A program made the translations under genes and the position numbers. The notes under the pieces are model-generated. The model was not told the origin of the DNA, did not search any database, and worked only from the letters and a program-made list of their open reading frames with translations. From Leptolyngbyaceae cyanobacterium (lineage in GTDB: Bacteria > Cyanobacteriota > Cyanobacteriia > Phormidesmidales > Phormidesmidaceae): a stretch of 64,000 nt of DNA. Of this stretch, positions 19,261 through 30,169 are shown in pieces (position 1 is the stretch's first letter; the number at the start of each line of letters is the position of its first letter). The DNA is taken from NCBI GenBank assembly GCA_965263355.1, contig CBDHHL010000032.1, forward strand, positions 1,248,001 to 1,312,000. Direction: 5' to 3'.

Positions 19261-21549
19261 CTAACTTTTGGCAACAGTCATTGCTTTAATTCGTACATCT
19301 CCTGTCAGTACCCTTGGCCGGAAGAGCGTTTTAACTAAAATCCATAGGGATTGTAATTCACCGGGTGTGTTCCACCGTTTCCATTGGCCAGGCCGACAAT
19401 ACAACAGCTCTACCAGTTTGCGAATTTCTGGTAAGGTGACATTTTGAAACTGCACGGTTACACAGGGAAACTCCCCGTCATTACTTACGTTTGTTAATAC
19501 TCCCCTCAGGCTGAGCAAGTCTTCACTAATGGCAAGTTGTACCGGGCGAGTTTCGCCAGGGGCTAATTGAGGTAATCCCCGCTGGGTGAGGGTAATGGTC
19601 GCACCAATTTCTGAAATTGCTGTAGTGGTGCCCCACCAAATGCGGCTTGTCGAGTCGGCGCTGGTGTTGTCGCCAATTTGTAACCGGACTACTCGGCGCA
19701 GGTCAAACCAATCATAGGGATTAGGACGAGGTACATCCAATAGGACTAATAGAGCCGCACCGATCATCATCAGGTTATATAAGCTCCATATCCAGCCAAT
19801 GCCCAGACCCCGCAAATGTGCGGTTGCCTCTGGTGTTACTTCCAAAGCCCAGTTGCCACGGGCCAAACATTCACCCAAGTTTAACCAGATGCTGCAAGCT
19901 GTGAATACAAACATCAGCATTAGCGGCCAGGCTAAATGCCAGTTAAATTGAAAACCCTGGCTAGAGGTTCCTTTAGGGGTAACTTTAAAGCCTGTGCCAA
20001 AGGGAGAAAGCATTGCCTGTACTACGGTAACGGCTAGGGGAAAGGCCAATACGAGTGCGTAAACATCGGACAAAATAGCGGAGCGAGAATGGTGATTTAG
20101 CCAGGAAAAAACCGTAATTTGTACAAAATAATAGGGTAAGAAAAAATAGATAATTTCCTCGGGGGTGGAACGGATAGGAATAACCCCAAATGCGTAGAAT
20201 AGGGGCGCAATTAAAAATACGATGCGCGATATGCTGGTAAACCAGTGAAGAATACCTTCCAGGTGTCCTAAACGCTGGATAAATTTGAGCCCTGGAATAG
20301 TTAGTGGATTGGTTTCAATAAAAAAGGATTGGAGGGTGCCTCGGGCCCAGCGCAGTCTCTGGATAGCGTGGGCCGTAATATTTTCGGCGGCTAGACCAGC
20401 GCTTAATTTCTCGTCTAGATAAATGATTTTGTGGCCTTTGGAGGCTAGACGAACGGCGGTAAAGTAATCTTCACTCAGGGAATCTGTGACAAATCCTCCG
20501 GCGTTTTCTAAGGCGCTGCGACGGGTGACAAAGGAGGTGCCAGAGCAAACAACACTGCCCACACCGTCCCGCATGGGTTGGATTTGGCGGTAGAAGACTT
20601 CTTCTTCAGGGGTGAGGATATCTTCCAGGCCCAGGTTTCGGGCAATGGGGTCTGGATTGTAGAAGCTTTGTGGTGTTTGTACCAGGGCGACGGTTGGATC
20701 TTGGAAAAAACCAACGGTGCGTAATAGAAAGTTGCGGGTTGGTACAAAGTCGGCATCAAAGGAAGCAATTAAGTCGCTATTTGTGTGTGCGATCGCATGA
20801 TTCAAATTCCCTGCCTTAGCATGGTCATTATTAGGACGAGTCAGGTACTCACAACCCAGAGTTTGCGCTAGTTTCTGAATGGCAGGACGGCGGGTATCAT
20901 CCAGCAGATAAATCGTTTTATTTGGGTAGTCCATGGCCTGACAGCCGATGATAGTCCGCCGCAAAATAAATTCCGGTTCATCATAGGTAGGAATAAACAC
21001 GGCTACCGATGGCAAAAATGTTTTGTCCATCACCGCCAGCTGCATCTGATCCGCTTGGGCATGGCGGTCACGCACCCGCAGCAATAGCACTAGCTGGATA
21101 ATGCTGATTAGCAGCCCGAGCATTTCCATCACAAACAGTACGGTGCTAGCCAGTCCATTTAAGGCATTGTCAAAATTTAAGGTAGAGAGGCTACGCCAGG
21201 TCACATAGCGACCCACTAAGATGAGTAGCACCGCAATTACAACAGCCCGCGACCAGGGTTTGGGCTGTGGGGAGATGCGGGTAATGACCACTGCAAATAA
21301 GAACAAGGCTACCGTGGGAAAAATTAAATAATGGCCTGCCACCATGGGAGCCTCTAGCCACATGGGGGGGCTTTGCTGTAACAGATTGAGTTGGGCAAAA
21401 ATTCGGGTAATTTGCCCTTCGCCTCTAAACCACGCAAAGGCGAGGGCAAGTGCGATCGCGACCACACCTACCATGATGCCTGTCGCGTAGGAAATAGAAA
21501 TCGGCCTTTGCAGCGGTGGCTTACTGGTCGGAACCATTGATTTTTCCAT
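19261..21549 (-). CDS. bcsA: Cellulose synthase catalytic subunit-like GT2 with C-terminal PilZ-like domain
   Basis: LDD, HAKAGN, FDADF, QTPQ, SED and QRLRW motifs; FKVTPKG; C-terminal beta domain. Confidence 0.85.
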   Translation of the reverse strand: MEKSMVPTSKPPLQRPISISYATGIMVGVVAIALALAFAWFRGEGQITRIFAQLNLLQQSPPMWLEAPMVAGHYLIFPTVALFLFAVVITRISPQPKPWSRAVVIAVLLILVGRYVTWRSLSTLNFDNALNGLASTVLFVMEMLGLLISIIQLVLLLRVRDRHAQADQMQLAVMDKTFLPSVAVFIPTYDEPEFILRRTIIGCQAMDYPNKTIYLLDDTRRPAIQKLAQTLGCEYLTRPNNDHAKAGNLNHAIAHTNSDLIASFDADFVPTRNFLLRTVGFFQDPTVALVQTPQSFYNPDPIARNLGLEDILTPEEEVFYRQIQPMRDGVGSVVCSGTSFVTRRSALENAGGFVTDSLSEDYFTAVRLASKGHKIIYLDEKLSAGLAAENITAHAIQRLRWARGTLQSFFIETNPLTIPGLKFIQRLGHLEGILHWFTSISRIVFLIAPLFYAFGVIPIRSTPEEIIYFFLPYYFVQITVFSWLNHHSRSAILSDVYALVLAFPLAVTVVQAMLSPFGTGFKVTPKGTSSQGFQFNWHLAWPLMLMFVFTACSIWLNLGECLARGNWALEVTPEATAHLRGLGIGWIWSLYNLMMIGAALLVLLDVPRPNPYDWFDLRRVVRLQIGDNTSADSTSRIWWGTTTAISEIGATITLTQRGLPQLAPGETRPVQLAISEDLLSLRGVLTNVSNDGEFPCVTVQFQNVTLPEIRKLVELLYCRPGQWKRWNTPGELQSLWILVKTLFRPRVLTGDVRIKAMTVAKS

Positions 21550-21946
21550 GAATTAGTACGCATTGATATAGCCAAGTCTATATAAGCTTACGAATAAACT
21601 ATGAATGCGGATGCATCCCATGGTTAACTTACACAGACCGGCTATATCTCAACTGTTCAATAAGTTCCATACTGGGCTGAAATTTTGCTGAGATCCCGAT
21701 GAATTGTTGCTATTAAACTTTTCAGCTAGCCATCAGCCGTTATTTTTATTTTCATCATGCAGCGGGTTTTCAGGCCGTTTACAGTAGTGCTGTCTATTGA
21801 AAAAATCTGCCCTTGACACAGTACTGGGGTGAAATTTGATTGTTGCATCATGTCCAAGTGGAAACCGGTAGGTTCTTCTACGGAAAAACGACCGGTTCTG
21901 GATGTGAACAAGGTTTAGTTAGCAGACATTGAGCAGAGAGAGGAAA

Positions 21947-22651
21947 ATGGGCATCAACGATTGGCTTAGACTTATGCACCCGATTTTGGCAGTAAGTGTG
22001 GTATTCCCGCTTATTGGTATGGTGTCGTATTTTGCGCTTCAAACCCGGCAGCGTCGTCTGGCAGTCCAGGCTAAAGAAAAGTCAAAAATCCCGCCAGTGG
22101 TGGGTAAAGAGCATGTCAACTTAGGCAAATGGTTGACGGGGGCAGTTGTTGGTCTCACCTTAGTGGGTGTGGGGCACCCTATCTTTAAGAACATTGTCAA
22201 GCAGGCGGCGACGGATAGTCCTGTTCCCTCAGCGACGGTGATCTTTATTGTCTTTATGTTCTTGTTGACCATTGCTGCGCTAGTGTGTTTATATCGGGCA
22301 ACGGCACCACAAAAGCTATGGCGTGGGTTGTTTGCTGCATTGACTACGGCGGGCCTATGGATTTTAGGCGGTCAGGATGGAGTATTTCGCCGTACCTATG
22401 AGTGGCACATATCTCATTATTATTACGGCATGGTAGCGGCGACGCTGATGGTGATTTCGTTAGCGATTTTGCCGGAGATTTATAAGTCAAAGACGTGGCG
22501 CAATGTGCATATTGCATTGAATTGCATTGCGTTGTTGTTGTTTGTTGTGCAGGGAATTACGGGGACACGAGATTTATTAGAGATTCCGTTGAGCTGGCAG
22601 GAGCCGTTTGTGTTTGGCTGTGATTTTGCCAACAAGACGTGTGGTGGTTGA
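21947..22651 (+). CDS. DUF4079 family membrane protein
   Basis: LMHP start, multiple TMs, SHYYYG, HIALN and QGITGTRDL motifs; ATG at 21947. Confidence 0.8.
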   Translation: MGINDWLRLMHPILAVSVVFPLIGMVSYFALQTRQRRLAVQAKEKSKIPPVVGKEHVNLGKWLTGAVVGLTLVGVGHPIFKNIVKQAATDSPVPSATVIFIVFMFLLTIAALVCLYRATAPQKLWRGLFAALTTAGLWILGGQDGVFRRTYEWHISHYYYGMVAATLMVISLAILPEIYKSKTWRNVHIALNCIALLLFVVQGITGTRDLLEIPLSWQEPFVFGCDFANKTCGG

Positions 22652-22704
22652 CTTCGGCTTCGCTCAGTTAACGGTATCTGTTCTCCTATCATCAAACTAA
22701 TTTT

Positions 22705-22740
22705 TCAAAAGCCTTCTCTTTCAAAAGGGAGGGCTTTTGA
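22705..22740. terminator. Bidirectional intrinsic terminator
   Basis: TCAAAAGCCTTCTCTTT / AAAGGGAGGGCTTTTGA hairpin between convergent genes. Confidence 0.6.
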
Positions 22741-22807
22741 GATTTATTTTGGGAACAAAGGTTTGAAATCACGGCATGGCAACAAGGATAAAACAAGTGC
22801 ATCCCGT

Positions 22808-23608
22808 TTATGATGCTATCTCAGATAAAACCGTCTCGATAGCGCGTACAATTTCTTCGCATTTTTGGGGATTTAAGGCATCTGGATGGGGCGATTTAAA
22901 CCTACCTGAATCGTTGTCAAAATACCGACCGGAGGCAGTTGCAAATTCAGCGTCTAGGGCAGCGCGAATCAGTATTTGAGCACCTATGCGGAGATCGCCG
23001 CCTGCCACACCAAAAGCCTGTTTTACCATTTTGGTGCCAAGCATTGAGCCGGGATTAACTGCAATGATGACCGGGTTATCTTCCCTGAGTGCAAGGGTGC
23101 GGGACCACATTGTTAGGGCTAGTTTGCTTTGCGCATAGGCAGTGAAGTCTTCGGACAGTTTATTTTGTCCAGTCAGTGCGTCTAGATTGACAGGGGACTG
23201 GGCAGCGGAGGATAGATTGATGATCCGTCCGGATGCAGTCATTAACGGCATCAGCCGTTGTGTCAACAGATAAGGGGCAATGGTGTTGACAACAAACCGC
23301 ACATCTAATCCATCTTGAGTGATAGGGGTAGGCGTTTTGAAAATGCCTGCATTGTTGATCAGTACATCCAGTTTAGTATGATCTTGGGCAACAGCTTTCG
23401 CGAGTGCCTCTACATCAGCCATACGTGAGAGATCAGCCACATAGCTTTCAACTTTGCCACCGTCCGTAGAGAGTGTTTTTACTACTGTTTCTAATTTGGC
23501 TGGGTTGCGTCCGTGCAATAAGACATTATGACCCAGTGAGACAAGTATCCTGGCTGTTTCTAACCCGATGCCGTCGGTCGCTCCTGTAAGAAGAATAGTT
23601 TTTTGCAT
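22808..23608 (-). CDS. SDR family oxidoreductase
   Basis: TGATDGIG, NNAG and YAQSK (YxxxK); ATG at 23608 preferred over 23647. Confidence 0.92.
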   Translation of the reverse strand: MQKTILLTGATDGIGLETARILVSLGHNVLLHGRNPAKLETVVKTLSTDGGKVESYVADLSRMADVEALAKAVAQDHTKLDVLINNAGIFKTPTPITQDGLDVRFVVNTIAPYLLTQRLMPLMTASGRIINLSSAAQSPVNLDALTGQNKLSEDFTAYAQSKLALTMWSRTLALREDNPVIIAVNPGSMLGTKMVKQAFGVAGGDLRIGAQILIRAALDAEFATASGRYFDNDSGRFKSPHPDALNPQKCEEIVRAIETVLSEIAS

Positions 23609-23775
23609 GGTCTTATTTTGTTGGTTTATTTTCTTCCGACATCCCACCGTATTGGGGTATCCCTAATGGCATTAAGTTGGGGTTACGGCGGGGACGATTA
23701 TAAATAGTCTGGATTGATTTCTGCGGAAATCTTGATGCATAAAATTTAAATTGTGGAGTTGTTGTTTCATACTTC

Positions 23776-24741
23776 TTAAGCGAAGTCTGGTAGGATATCG
23801 GCGGCAAGACGTTTCAGCGTGGTCTCGGTATCATTTTGGTTGAAACGTAAGTTTAGTGCAACATGGTTTACGCCAATCTCTTCAAGCGATTTCAGATGCG
23901 ATCGCAGGTAGCTGGTGCCCAGTCGGAAACCGAGATGGATGGGCTGTGGTCGTGTTTCAGGATCATCGGTCAGATCCACATAAAGGGGTTGCATCACTGG
24001 CTTATCGGGGCTGCCTGCTGCCTTGACCCGTGCTTGCCAATCGCGAATGATTTGCGCCTGTAGAGACGTCTGACGGGGATAAATAATCCAACCGTCACCG
24101 TTGTGGGCGATCCATTCGGGCGCTTGCTGGCTACCTCCGGTAATCAGTAGTGGCAGTTTTCCAGATACTGGTTTGGGCAGCATGTCCATGGCAGCCCTAG
24201 GGCTACCATAGGTGTTTTCAAAGGCTGGTGAGTCTTCACCCATGTGTCTGATGTAGTCAAAGCTCTCACGAAATCGTGCACCGCGATCGGCAAAGGGTAA
24301 ATTGAGGGCGGGATACTCGTCTGGTCGGTCGCCCGACGCAACACCCAGGATAAGTCGTCCACCTGAGAACACATCAGCGGTGGCGGCAGCCTTGGCAACA
24401 TGGGCAGGATGTCGCAGCGGCAAAATAACGCTGGCGACACCCAAAGCGATCTGTTTTGTCTGGCCAGCTAACAGACCAAGATAGACAAAGGGATCGTAGG
24501 TCTGACCGGCATCGCCAAAGGACGGCACGTTAAACGGCACATCTCGCAACCAGACAGCGGAAAATCCTAATTCTTCGGCGAGTTGAACCCGTTCCAAATG
24601 CCGGGTCATGGTTGGAACTGGACGCTGTGCGTAGGTCTCAATTGGCACCACCAATCCAACGCTCAACCGATTTGGTCGAAACACAGTACTATATCCCTGA
24701 TTGATGGGTTGAAACCTTATATTGTTAACCTGTTTGAGCAT
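23776..24741 (-). CDS. LLM class (luciferase-like) flavin-dependent oxidoreductase
   Basis: AEELGFSAVWLRD, LPLRHP, SGGRLILGVASGDR, GVNHVALN. Confidence 0.9.
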   Translation of the reverse strand: MLKQVNNIRFQPINQGYSTVFRPNRLSVGLVVPIETYAQRPVPTMTRHLERVQLAEELGFSAVWLRDVPFNVPSFGDAGQTYDPFVYLGLLAGQTKQIALGVASVILPLRHPAHVAKAAATADVFSGGRLILGVASGDRPDEYPALNLPFADRGARFRESFDYIRHMGEDSPAFENTYGSPRAAMDMLPKPVSGKLPLLITGGSQQAPEWIAHNGDGWIIYPRQTSLQAQIIRDWQARVKAAGSPDKPVMQPLYVDLTDDPETRPQPIHLGFRLGTSYLRSHLKSLEEIGVNHVALNLRFNQNDTETTLKRLAADILPDFA

Positions 24742-24892
24742 ATTAATTCTGTTTACTGGCGAGTCTGGGGTGTATCTGTATAGGGCGATAAATGTGTAAC
24801 GTAGAAATCAGTGACGATGGATATCCACAAGGGAGTGCCCCTGCATGATTGTTCATTTGTAATCAGGTTTAATGAATTCGGATTTCGTATTG

Positions 24893-25735
24893 TTAATTAA
24901 TCTCCTGAACATCGACCAGCATCTTTTCCCAACCGTGTTGATTGTTCATATCGAACTGCGCACCGTTGTCGTCGGCCCATTTAAAGCGCTTCAATGCAGG
25001 GGTTTGACTTGTTGCCTGATAGAGCCAATAGGCTTCTGCTTTTAGTGCTTCCTCGATCGGGTTGTCGATTGAGGCATAAACAGCCTGTTTACACGCATTG
25101 ATCGACTCAGCGGGCCAAAGGGCAATACGGTTTGCCAATGCTGTAACAAATGGGCCAATTGCTTCGGTGTCGAGTGCTTTGTTGATAGTGCCATAGGCTT
25201 CGGCCTGGTCGGCATCGTAGTCTCTCGCACCCAGGATAATCTCCAGGGCGCGCCCTAGACCGGTCTGACGGGCCATGCGCGATGCGCCACCACCACAGGG
25301 CAGGATTCCCATACCGACTTCCATTTGCATAAATTTTGCCTTGCCGCGGGCGGCAAAACGCATGTCGCAGGCCAGGGCAAATTCGTGACCACCGCCGCGG
25401 GCAAAGCCCTCAATTTTGGCGATGGTGGCCTGGGGCAGTTTACTAATGCGCTCTAACGTAGTCTGCAGATCGAGCAGTTTAACCTCATCACGGGAGACTG
25501 CAGTCGCGGACATTTCCTTGAGGAAGTCGGTGTCAGCATGGGCCACGAAAATCTCTGGATGGGCGGATTGGAAGACAACAACTTTGATGTCACGGTTTAT
25601 TTCGAGCCTTTGCGCCAATATATTTAGGTCGGCAAGCATGGGCAAACCCTGAATGTTGACGGGCGGGTAGTCAAATGTGACCCATGCGATCGCATTTTCC
25701 ACATTAACGTTGAAAGTAGTGAAGTTATCTTTCAT
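24893..25735 (-). CDS. Enoyl-CoA hydratase/isomerase family protein
   Basis: IAKIEGFARGGGHEFALACDMRF crotonase signature. Confidence 0.92.
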   Translation of the reverse strand: MKDNFTTFNVNVENAIAWVTFDYPPVNIQGLPMLADLNILAQRLEINRDIKVVVFQSAHPEIFVAHADTDFLKEMSATAVSRDEVKLLDLQTTLERISKLPQATIAKIEGFARGGGHEFALACDMRFAARGKAKFMQMEVGMGILPCGGGASRMARQTGLGRALEIILGARDYDADQAEAYGTINKALDTEAIGPFVTALANRIALWPAESINACKQAVYASIDNPIEEALKAEAYWLYQATSQTPALKRFKWADDNGAQFDMNNQHGWEKMLVDVQEIN

Positions 25736-25954
25736 TGGGGGTCTCCTAAATTGTTAGAGGGTTAGCTTTTGTCGAGGCCTTGGTTTGTAACGATTACCCA
25801 ATCTTGGAGGGTGAAAGTAAGCGAGGACACCGTGCTCTCTCCGCATTTAATGGCGTCCTTGTTCAAGCATTAGCCTATGTTACTAAAAACGATATTGACA
25901 AGTACCCACATTTTTGTAAGTAATGGAGATGCTTGAACGTAATGAGTCTGTACA

Positions 25955-26341
25955 ATGACACGGAAATATAACTGGAAGACGGGGTGCGATGTGGAAGCGA
26001 CGTTGAGTGTGATCGGCGGTCGGTGGAAGCCCATACTCATGTGCCATCTGCTGGGCGGGCGCAAACGCTTTGGTGAACTACGGCGGCTTACACCCAATGC
26101 GACGGAGCGTATGATTACGCTGCAGCTGCGGGAGTTGGAGGCGGATGGTGTTTTAGCACGACATGTGTATGCTGAAGTGCCGCCTCGGGTTGAGTATGAG
26201 CTAACAGAGTTTGGACGATCCCTTGAGCCAATGCTAGTGCTTATGCAAGAGTGGGGGCGTGCGTTTAAGGCTCGTCGGCTAGCGGCAGAGTCAGCAGGGG
26301 AGAAATCTGCTGACTGTGAGCTTGCAAATCTCTCTTCTTGA
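25955..26341 (+). CDS. HxlR family winged-helix transcriptional regulator
   Basis: IGGRWKP...RFGEL...LRELEADG...VPPRVEYELT; divergent from the ECH/LLM/SDR genes. Confidence 0.93.
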   Translation: MTRKYNWKTGCDVEATLSVIGGRWKPILMCHLLGGRKRFGELRRLTPNATERMITLQLRELEADGVLARHVYAEVPPRVEYELTEFGRSLEPMLVLMQEWGRAFKARRLAAESAGEKSADCELANLSS

Positions 26342-26493
26342 GTAAATTATTCAATCTATTTGTTATTAGACTAATTTTTCTCCTAAGATCTGTCCTCTTT
26401 CTTTAAAGTTATGGTTTGATTTGCTCTAGAAACTTGGGAATACCTTTGACAGGGGCTGTTAAAGACTGTGTGTGCTCAAGACAAAGGTGAGGT

Positions 26494-29187
26494 ATGGGGC
26501 GAACAAATCAGCGGTTGGGATGGATGGTAGGGGTTTTGGTGTTTAACCTACCGATTGGGAATATTGCCCAAGCCTTTTCAGAAAACGCTAATTTTGCGTC
26601 CCCTGTCCCTCGCCAGGTCGTTCCCATGGCTCAAGTGCAGCCAGGCACTGGGGCGGCGGAAGCGAATCGTTTGTTTAATCAAGGTTCGCAGCAATATCAA
26701 CGGAGTAACTTTCGGGCAGCCCTGGCATCCTGGGAAGCGGCATTGCAGCTTTATCAGGCGTTAGCTGATGGTAATGAGTTTTTTGAGCAGAATCGGTTGG
26801 CTCAGGCGGATACTCTGACCAGTATTGGAAAAGTCTATGATGCGCTTGGGCAATATGAACCCTCCATAGACTTTCACAATCAAGCATTAGCTATTTATCG
26901 CGAGCCTGTTATTCGTAGTGCTTTGCCGTTGGACAGTCGTCTTGGTGAAGCAGGGGTGTTGATGGGGCTAGGAAATGTTTACAACACCCTCAGTCAGTAT
27001 GAGCGGGCGATTGCATTTCAAGAAGAGGCCCTGGTAATTTATCGAGAGACTGCGATACAGGTAGAGTTTCCTGACAATGCTTTGACGGGTGAAGCTAATG
27101 CCCTCAGTAATTTAGCGCTCAATTATCGTTCTCTAGGGAAATATGATCGCGCTATTAGCACCCACGAACAGGCGCTAGAGATTTATCGCACCAACGAAAA
27201 CCAGCGTGGGGAAGTCATTTCTCTCAATAATCTCAGCATTGTTTATAACTTGTTGAGTCAGTATAAACGCTCAATTGAGCTGCGAGAACAGTCGCTCGCC
27301 ATTGCCCGAGAGATTGGCTATCGACAGGCAGAAGCAGCTTCCCTGGGTGGATTGGCTAATGATTATTATGAGCTGCAGGATTATGGGCGGGCGGTGGAGC
27401 TGTATAACCAAGCGTTGGTGATTTTTCGCGAGATTGGTGACCTGATCGGTGAAGGCCATGCGCTCCATGGGTTAGGCATTGCCCACTACTATCTAAAGCA
27501 ATATGACCAGGCGATTGACTTTTATCATCAGGGACTGGCGCTCTATCGAGAGACGGGGTATCTGGCCTCAACTGGAGATTTGTTAATTGCGTTAGGCATT
27601 ACCTACGATGAGCTTGGAAAGTATACCAAAGCGATTGATTACTACCAGCAGGCATTGGAGTTAGCCCGAGAGATTGGCTATCGAGGGTCTGAGGCAGATG
27701 CGCTAAATAATCTGGGGTTGGTTTATCTGGAGCTGGCACAGCCTGAGATTGCAGACGATTTTTTAACGTTAGCGGTTGATATTTTGGATGACCTGCGAGC
27801 AGCAGGATTAGCAGATGCTGTTCAAATCTCTCTTTTGCAACGGCAGCAGCGGACATTTAAGCTGTTGCAGCAGGCGTTGGTGGACCAGGGCAAGTATGGT
27901 CTGGCGTTAGAAGCGGCGGAGCGGGGACGGACACGGGCATTTACGGCGTTGATGGCGCAGCGGGAACAGCCAGGGACAGCGGCAGAAAATGAGAGCCTAC
28001 GGCTTACGGAGATTGTGTCTCTGGCCCAGAAACTGGATACAACCCTGGTGGAGTACTCTATTGTTAGAATTTCTGAGCTATCGGACCCGATGCTTTATAT
28101 TTGGGTGGTTTCAGCGGATGGGACGCTTGATTTTCGTCAAATTTCCTTAGCTGGTATTGATCTTCAAAAACTGGTTCAAGAGTCTCGTCAAGCCATGGGA
28201 GTCCGTGGGCGAGGGTTTGCTTCAATGTTTTCTGCGGTTGATTTAAGCCGGATGCCTGGATTTGGATGGTCAGGGGATCCGATGGAGGAGCTGACTCAGC
28301 TCCATAAGCTTTTGATTGATCCAATCGCTGAGTTACTACCTGATGATCCAGAGGCAACGGTTGTTTTTATTCCCCAGGGAGAGTTGTTCCTATTGCCATT
28401 TCCAGCGTTGGTGAATGGTGAGGGAGACTATCTGATTGAGCGGCATACGTTACTGACAGCACCGTCGATTCAGGTGTTGGCCCTGACGGAAGCAATGGCA
28501 GCGAGCAGGCAAGGTAATCTCTCCTTAGACGGAACACAGTCTGTAAGTAATCCACTGATTGTGGGTAATCCGACGATGCCTACGGTTGTTTTGAAGAATG
28601 AAGCTGGACGTTTTACCCAGGAGCCATTGCCTGATTTGCCAGGGGCTGAGCAGGAGGCGGAGGAGATTGCTGGTTTTCTGAATACTTCGGCTTTGACAAG
28701 TGATGGTGCGACAGAATCTGTTATTAAACAGCGATTGAGGCAGGCTGATTTGATCCATCTGGCGACCCATGGGTTGTTGGAATATGGTAATCCGGCGGAG
28801 ACGGGGAGTCAGGATACGCCGGGTGCGGTGGCGTTGGCTCCTGGGCTAGGGGAGGATGGATTGTTGACGACTGCGGAGATTTTGCAGCTGGAATTGCAGG
28901 CGTCTTTGGTGGTGTTGAGTGCTTGTGATACGGGGCGGGGTAGGATTACGGGGGATGGGGTGATTGGTCTGTCGCGGGCGTTTGTGGCGGCGGGGGCTCC
29001 GAGTTTGGTGGTGTCGTTATGGGCGGTGCCGGATGCGCCGACGGCTGAGCTGATGACGGAGTTTTATCGGCAGTTGAGTCAGGGGCAGACGAAGGCTCAG
29101 GCATTGCGGCAGGCGATGTTGATGACGATGGAGAAGCATGAGCATCCGATTGCTTGGTCGGCGTTTACGTTAATTGGAGCGAATTAG
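26494..29187 (+). CDS. TPR-repeat CHAT (caspase-like) domain protein
   Basis: N-terminal signal-like segment, many TPRs, CHAT dyad HLATHG / LSACDTG, SLWAV. Confidence 0.92.
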   Translation: MGRTNQRLGWMVGVLVFNLPIGNIAQAFSENANFASPVPRQVVPMAQVQPGTGAAEANRLFNQGSQQYQRSNFRAALASWEAALQLYQALADGNEFFEQNRLAQADTLTSIGKVYDALGQYEPSIDFHNQALAIYREPVIRSALPLDSRLGEAGVLMGLGNVYNTLSQYERAIAFQEEALVIYRETAIQVEFPDNALTGEANALSNLALNYRSLGKYDRAISTHEQALEIYRTNENQRGEVISLNNLSIVYNLLSQYKRSIELREQSLAIAREIGYRQAEAASLGGLANDYYELQDYGRAVELYNQALVIFREIGDLIGEGHALHGLGIAHYYLKQYDQAIDFYHQGLALYRETGYLASTGDLLIALGITYDELGKYTKAIDYYQQALELAREIGYRGSEADALNNLGLVYLELAQPEIADDFLTLAVDILDDLRAAGLADAVQISLLQRQQRTFKLLQQALVDQGKYGLALEAAERGRTRAFTALMAQREQPGTAAENESLRLTEIVSLAQKLDTTLVEYSIVRISELSDPMLYIWVVSADGTLDFRQISLAGIDLQKLVQESRQAMGVRGRGFASMFSAVDLSRMPGFGWSGDPMEELTQLHKLLIDPIAELLPDDPEATVVFIPQGELFLLPFPALVNGEGDYLIERHTLLTAPSIQVLALTEAMAASRQGNLSLDGTQSVSNPLIVGNPTMPTVVLKNEAGRFTQEPLPDLPGAEQEAEEIAGFLNTSALTSDGATESVIKQRLRQADLIHLATHGLLEYGNPAETGSQDTPGAVALAPGLGEDGLLTTAEILQLELQASLVVLSACDTGRGRITGDGVIGLSRAFVAAGAPSLVVSLWAVPDAPTAELMTEFYRQLSQGQTKAQALRQAMLMTMEKHEHPIAWSAFTLIGAN

Positions 29188-29239
29188 TCAGGTATTGAGA
29201 TGGCGGGCTTGATTGAGTCTACTAAACTGGAAAGATAAT

Positions 29240-29662
29240 CTATACAAATGGATTAACGATAGTCAGCTGCTGATTAACGATGAGGCCATTTTGCATGTCT
29301 TCTGAGTAAAGTGTGGAGACGCCCGATGACAATGCAGCCGAGACAATCAGACTATCCCAAAATGAGAGGGTATAATTTTCTCTGAGTAGTGATGCTTGAG
29401 TCAAGATGTTGGTTTCAAATGAAATGATGCGAGAGCCCTGATAGAAGCTGGCAACAAGGGATCTGATCTGTTCCTCTGAGAAGTTTGATTTTTTCTTGAG
29501 GTTAATGCAGACTTCGTTGATGACTTGGGTGCTGATAACTACGCCTGCTGTTTCAATTAGCTTAGCAGCAGTGACTTGTTTTTGTTCTGGCTGGTTTTGA
29601 GCTAAGGCATAGACCCAGATGTTGGAATCTAAAAAGTGGCCAGGAGTTGCTTTATCGCTCAT
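29240..29662 (-). CDS. PIN domain (VapC-like) toxin
   Basis: FLDSNIWVY, STQVINE, SFWDSLI, LYSEDM; ATG at 29662 overlaps the upstream gene's stop. Confidence 0.9.
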   Translation of the reverse strand: MSDKATPGHFLDSNIWVYALAQNQPEQKQVTAAKLIETAGVVISTQVINEVCINLKKKSNFSEEQIRSLVASFYQGSRIISFETNILTQASLLRENYTLSFWDSLIVSAALSSGVSTLYSEDMQNGLIVNQQLTIVNPFV

Positions 29663-29903
29663 AGATTTCTTCGCGGGTGAGGGGAGCACCATCAAATTTG
29701 ATTGGATTTTGGATGAGGTCTGCAATAATTCCGACGGCAGCGGTGGATGTAGTAGGCTCCGTAATGGCTAATGGCGACTTTGAGATATCTGTAGGTGTCC
29801 CTGTGACCTGAGCTTCTAGCAGCTGCATAAGTTGACTGACTAGATATACCAGGTCTTGGAAACTTAATCCTTTGGCGGCCTGGAGGATTTCTTTGGGAGT
29901 CAT
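29652..29903 (-). CDS. Putative antitoxin of the PIN toxin
   Basis: Small gene overlapping the PIN gene; C-terminal LTREEIYER is typical of VapB-like partners. Confidence 0.75.
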   Translation of the reverse strand: MTPKEILQAAKGLSFQDLVYLVSQLMQLLEAQVTGTPTDISKSPLAITEPTTSTAAVGIIADLIQNPIKFDGAPLTREEIYER

Positions 29904-30169
29904 GGGATTAGATGGATAGCGGGTTTAGGACATGCAGGTTTAGCCTCAATGCTAAAGCATTCTGGCTATTTGTTTGGCAAGGTCTCCATTGATACATGCT
30001 ATGCGGATTTTTGAGTAGCGGCTCGATTTTATTCAATTACTGATGCTTTTCTAGGGAATACTGGCGTTGGCTTTAGTCAGTTAATGTCCCGATTTACTCC
30101 AAAATTGGTTGTATATTTAGAAAATCAGGACATTGGACACGTAAGCAGCCTATATCGAGAATTTTTAGC

